DNA of 64,000 nucleotides from the human T2T-CHM13v2.0 reference genome, Homo sapiens: the NCBI RefSeq assembly GCF_009914755.1, contig NC_060927.1, one strand, 5' to 3'. The translations under genes and the position numbers were made by a program. Below the pieces are notes generated by a model. The model searched no databases. It saw only the letters and a list, made by a program, of their open reading frames with translations, and was not told the origin of the DNA. Below are positions 60,199 to 64,000 of this stretch, one piece after another (the stretch's first letter is position 1; every line of letters starts with the position of its first letter).

Positions 60199-61044
60199 CC
60201 TATAAGGACAAGTAACCTCAAAAGATTGGAGCAGTCTCTCTGAATCAGTTCAGGATTTGCCTTAAAGTGTTCATTTTCCTACTCATATCACTCTGGGACA
60301 CCCAAACTTGCCAATAAATCTCAAATACGTAACTGCTGTCACTTGGGGAAACTTTTTGGCAACAAGACTTATGATCTGAAGCATGATGGAATTTCCGTCT
60401 CTCCAGTTAAAAATGATGCTCAAAGCAGCCCATTAATTTGGTTAGTTATTCACAGATTAGAAGCAAATCTGAAATGCCAAGCCCAGAAGAAAGCCAGGCC
60501 TAAAAACAACTGAAATGATTTTCCATGGACAAAATAAAAAAGCAGAACAAATCTAGGTTTTTCAAAAGGTTACTTAATCCAAACTTAGTTCTCAAACAAA
60601 GATGGAATAACAACTGATAATGACTGATATGCCTTTACCAGTATGAGTTCAAGCAATCCAAGGAACACTACCAGATGGCAAGTCTCAAAATTTGACCTGG
60701 TACCTTGTAAACATTCAAGGGATTCTCATTGCTGAAAATGGATAGCAATTAGCATCTACATTTTTATTTTTTTTTTAAGAGACAGTTTAGCTCTGTCACC
60801 CAGGCTGGAGTACAGTGGTGGGATCATGGCTCACTCTAGCCTCCAACTCCTGGCCTCAAGTAATCCTCCTGTGTTGGCCTTCAAAAGTGCTGGGATTACA
60901 GCCATGAGCCACCATGCCCAGCCACAATCTACACGTTTATTACACTATATTCACTATATACTATATTCATTAAGCCCCTCATAACTCTATCAGTGACTCT
61001 GTTAATGGAGTCAACAGAATGATCAAAAATGCCATTTAGGTGGA

Positions 61045-61492
61045 CACCCTGGTCGATGCCTCCAAGCTTGTCCCAGGCCCTTGTCCTGGCCCCGTGGCCT
61101 ACAGGGTTTGCCCTGCTATGCATCCTCCAATGCTGGGCTTCGGATTGGCCACAGCTTGCGGATCCTGCCGTGCCAGCTTGTACCTCCACTCTCTCAATCA
61201 GATTCTGAAAGTTAAAAAGCACAGTGTCTATTTGACAAATTTGAGGAAATCGGGAACTTTGGGTGACCTAGGCTCTCTAAATGAGATGACCTATCAAATA
61301 CCAGCAGAGGAAATGCTGGACTCCTAAGCAGAATTTTTTTGGAAGACCTTGCAGATGAGGCTTACCAATTTGAGCACTATGATGTCTCCTTTGGGAATGG
61401 TGTCTTAACAATTAAACTGAGTGAAGATCTAGGAACCTATATGACAAACAGCAGACCCCAAATAAGCAAATCTGGTTATCTTCCCCATATAG
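61045..61492 (+). pseudogene. Frataxin (FXN) processed pseudogene, exons 1-4 equivalent
   Basis: Encodes [29 protein letters not shown]...[14 protein letters not shown]...[12 protein letters not shown] with no introns. Junctions at 61174/5, 61272/3 and 61395/6 give segments of 98, 121(+2) and 98(-1) nt, matching FXN exons 2-4 as recalled. TAA at 61325-61327 and two frameshifts. The 5' boundary is approximate. Confidence 0.92.
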
Positions 61493-61771
61493 CATCTGAA
61501 TAAGTTGCACTTTGTCTTCAAATCAAGTTAAAGTTTGACCTCTAGTTTGTTTTGAGCATCTCAGCTAACGAAGAACACATGATTGTGTCGGAGGCACAAT
61601 GCAGCCTGTGCAGCATGAAAACCTGAGGCCATGCAAGGAAAGATGTCCCTCATTCCTCATCTGTCTGGCTGCCAATGAAGTAGTTGTAAGAAAGTAAAAG
61701 TGAACTGCCCACAGAAAGCTCTCAGACCTACCTCCCTGGGTTATTCATTTGCACTTCCAAAGAGAACATCA

Positions 61772-62172
<401 letters not shown>

Positions 62173-62653
62173 TTAAAAACAATTATAACCCTACTCCACT
62201 TCCAACATTGACATAATTTCATCATTTTAAGGCAGTTAATATTGTACCATTTATCATGCTGTGGTTTGTATTTCTTTGTTCAGAATGAAGTGCATGCCTC
62301 CTTCAAAACTGTAAAATAAAATATACATGCTAGTGAAATTAAACAAAATTAGCAGGTAAAGAAATATTTGCTCTATGGTTACAAAAGTCATATTTCAGAG
62401 CCAGAAAATACACATATTTTCTTTTAGAGAAAATCAGGTAATTTGCAAATCCAAATAAATAAATAAATAATAAAACCGGGCCGGGCATGATGGCTCACTC
62501 CTGTAATCCCAGGCACTTTGGGAGGCTGAGGCGGGCAGATCACTTGAGCTTGAGTTTGAGACCAGCCTGGCCAACATGGTGAAACCCCATCTCTACTAAA
62601 AATACAAAAATTAGCCGGGCATGGTGGCGGGCACCTGTAATTCCAGCTACTCA

Positions 62654-62806
<153 letters not shown>

Positions 62807-64000
62807 TTAGTAACCCCACAGGTTTAAGCAAGAGAGCTATGCTAAATTTTACACAGCTGTTTCTATAAAGATACTCACGCACAGAAAAGAAACATTTTGA
62901 AAAATATTTTCATGTTGGTTTTCTAGACAGGAAACCAGACTCATATTGCCCTAACACTTGGTTTGCATTTCATACCAGTTAAATTAAAAATTATTGTTAC
63001 TTAATTTCTCAGCAAACCAATTTTCTAATTTAGCCTTGTTCCAGATTTAATAATTTTTAAACATAAAATGTGGAGTTTTTCTGTCCTTTAATGTTTATGA
63101 GATGGTTTATTGTAGCCTTGTGGGAGCTAGCTTAAATAGATATATGTTTCTGGGATTGAAATGACTAACTTTTATAATTCTGGGGTTAAAGGACACAACG
63201 TTTTGATGAGTTTGGTACTATATTCTTTTAGGAGGTTAGCCTAGATTCTAATTTATTCAGGGGAATTCTTTACAGATACATAGTTCTCAGTTTTCGTAGT
63301 AAGACGTAGTAAGATGAAACTTTTACTTCTTTCATTACTTTCTTAATTCTTCTTTTTTTTTTTGTAACTCATCTCACCACCACAGGCCTTCTTTCGTTCT
63401 AATGCAACTGAATTATCATTACCAACTCTTAATTTATTTTTTCAAATTTTAAGTCCAGCCAGGTGCGGTGGTTCAAGCCTGTAATCCCAGCACTTTGGGA
63501 GGCTGAGACGGGTGGATCACCTGAGGTCAGGAGTTTGAGACCAGCCTGACCAACGTGGGGAAGCCCCGTCTCTGTGATCTCAGTTCACTGCAACCTCTGC
63601 CTCCCAGATTCTCTCGCCTCTGTCTCCTGAGTAGCTGGGATTGCAGGTGCGTGCCACCAAACCTGGCTAATTTTTGTATTTTTAATAGAGATGGGGTTTC
63701 GCCTGGTCCTGCTGGTCTCGAACTCCTGGCCTCAAGCGATCTGCACACCCTTGGCCTCCCAAGGTGTTGGGCTTACAGGCATGAGCAATTGCACCCAGTC
63801 ATGACCTCTAATCCAGAGCCCAGGCAGGTCACTCCACACATTCAGAGCTTCCAACCACTTTTACGGTCTACCATTTTTAACCATAATGGAAAAATCAATG
63901 GCTACCAAATCTAAGGAAAATCTCTAATGTAAAAAATTAAACAACAAAACATGGGAGGGGTAAAAAGACACTTGGAGGAAACAGCTATGCAGGAAGGAGA

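Noticed and set aside
61040-61327. 95-aa ORF as a functional frataxin-like protein
   Set aside because: Non-ATG (GTG) start, stop early in the conserved domain, and downstream frameshifts; pseudogene.
63800-64000. Unique sequence after the fused Alus that might be the 3' UTR of another retrocopy
   Set aside because: I could not identify a parent gene and it runs off the window edge.

Overview
Primate (human-like) genomic DNA, very Alu-dense, with no prokaryotic features. The only protein-coding sequence I can support is exon 1 of SLC4A7 (NBCn1, Na+/HCO3- cotransporter; 'MEAD' N-terminus) on the minus strand. It lies in a CpG island at ~19.4-20.9 kb and has two tandem 5' splice donors that add or omit VTSR. 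Positions 1-20163 are SLC4A7 intron 1, and 20.5-64 kb is upstream sequence. The window is rich in retroposed cellular RNAs: a UBA52 processed pseudogene, a full-length U1 pseudogene, tailless U2 and 5S fragments, and an old frataxin (FXN) retrocopy. It also holds LTR elements (MER61, MER4A, MER21, MSTA, THE1B, MLT1, LTR16), DNA transposon fossils, and L1/L2/MIR fragments. The most notable observations are: (1) the FXN retrocopy follows exons 1-4 exactly, then switches at the exon-4 boundary to sequence that is not exon 5a, possibly a fossil FXN-TJP2 read-through mRNA; (2) a near-perfect 45-bp-arm hairpin at 26054-26155; (3) two copies of an Alu::MER61 composite with different flanks; (4) a TSD-flanked 48-nt LTR R-region mini-insert; (5) a divergent CCAAT/TATA arrangement pointing at the UBA52 pseudogene. 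Gene and repeat-family identifications rest on recall of known sequences, not on database searches; repeat boundaries without TSDs are approximate.
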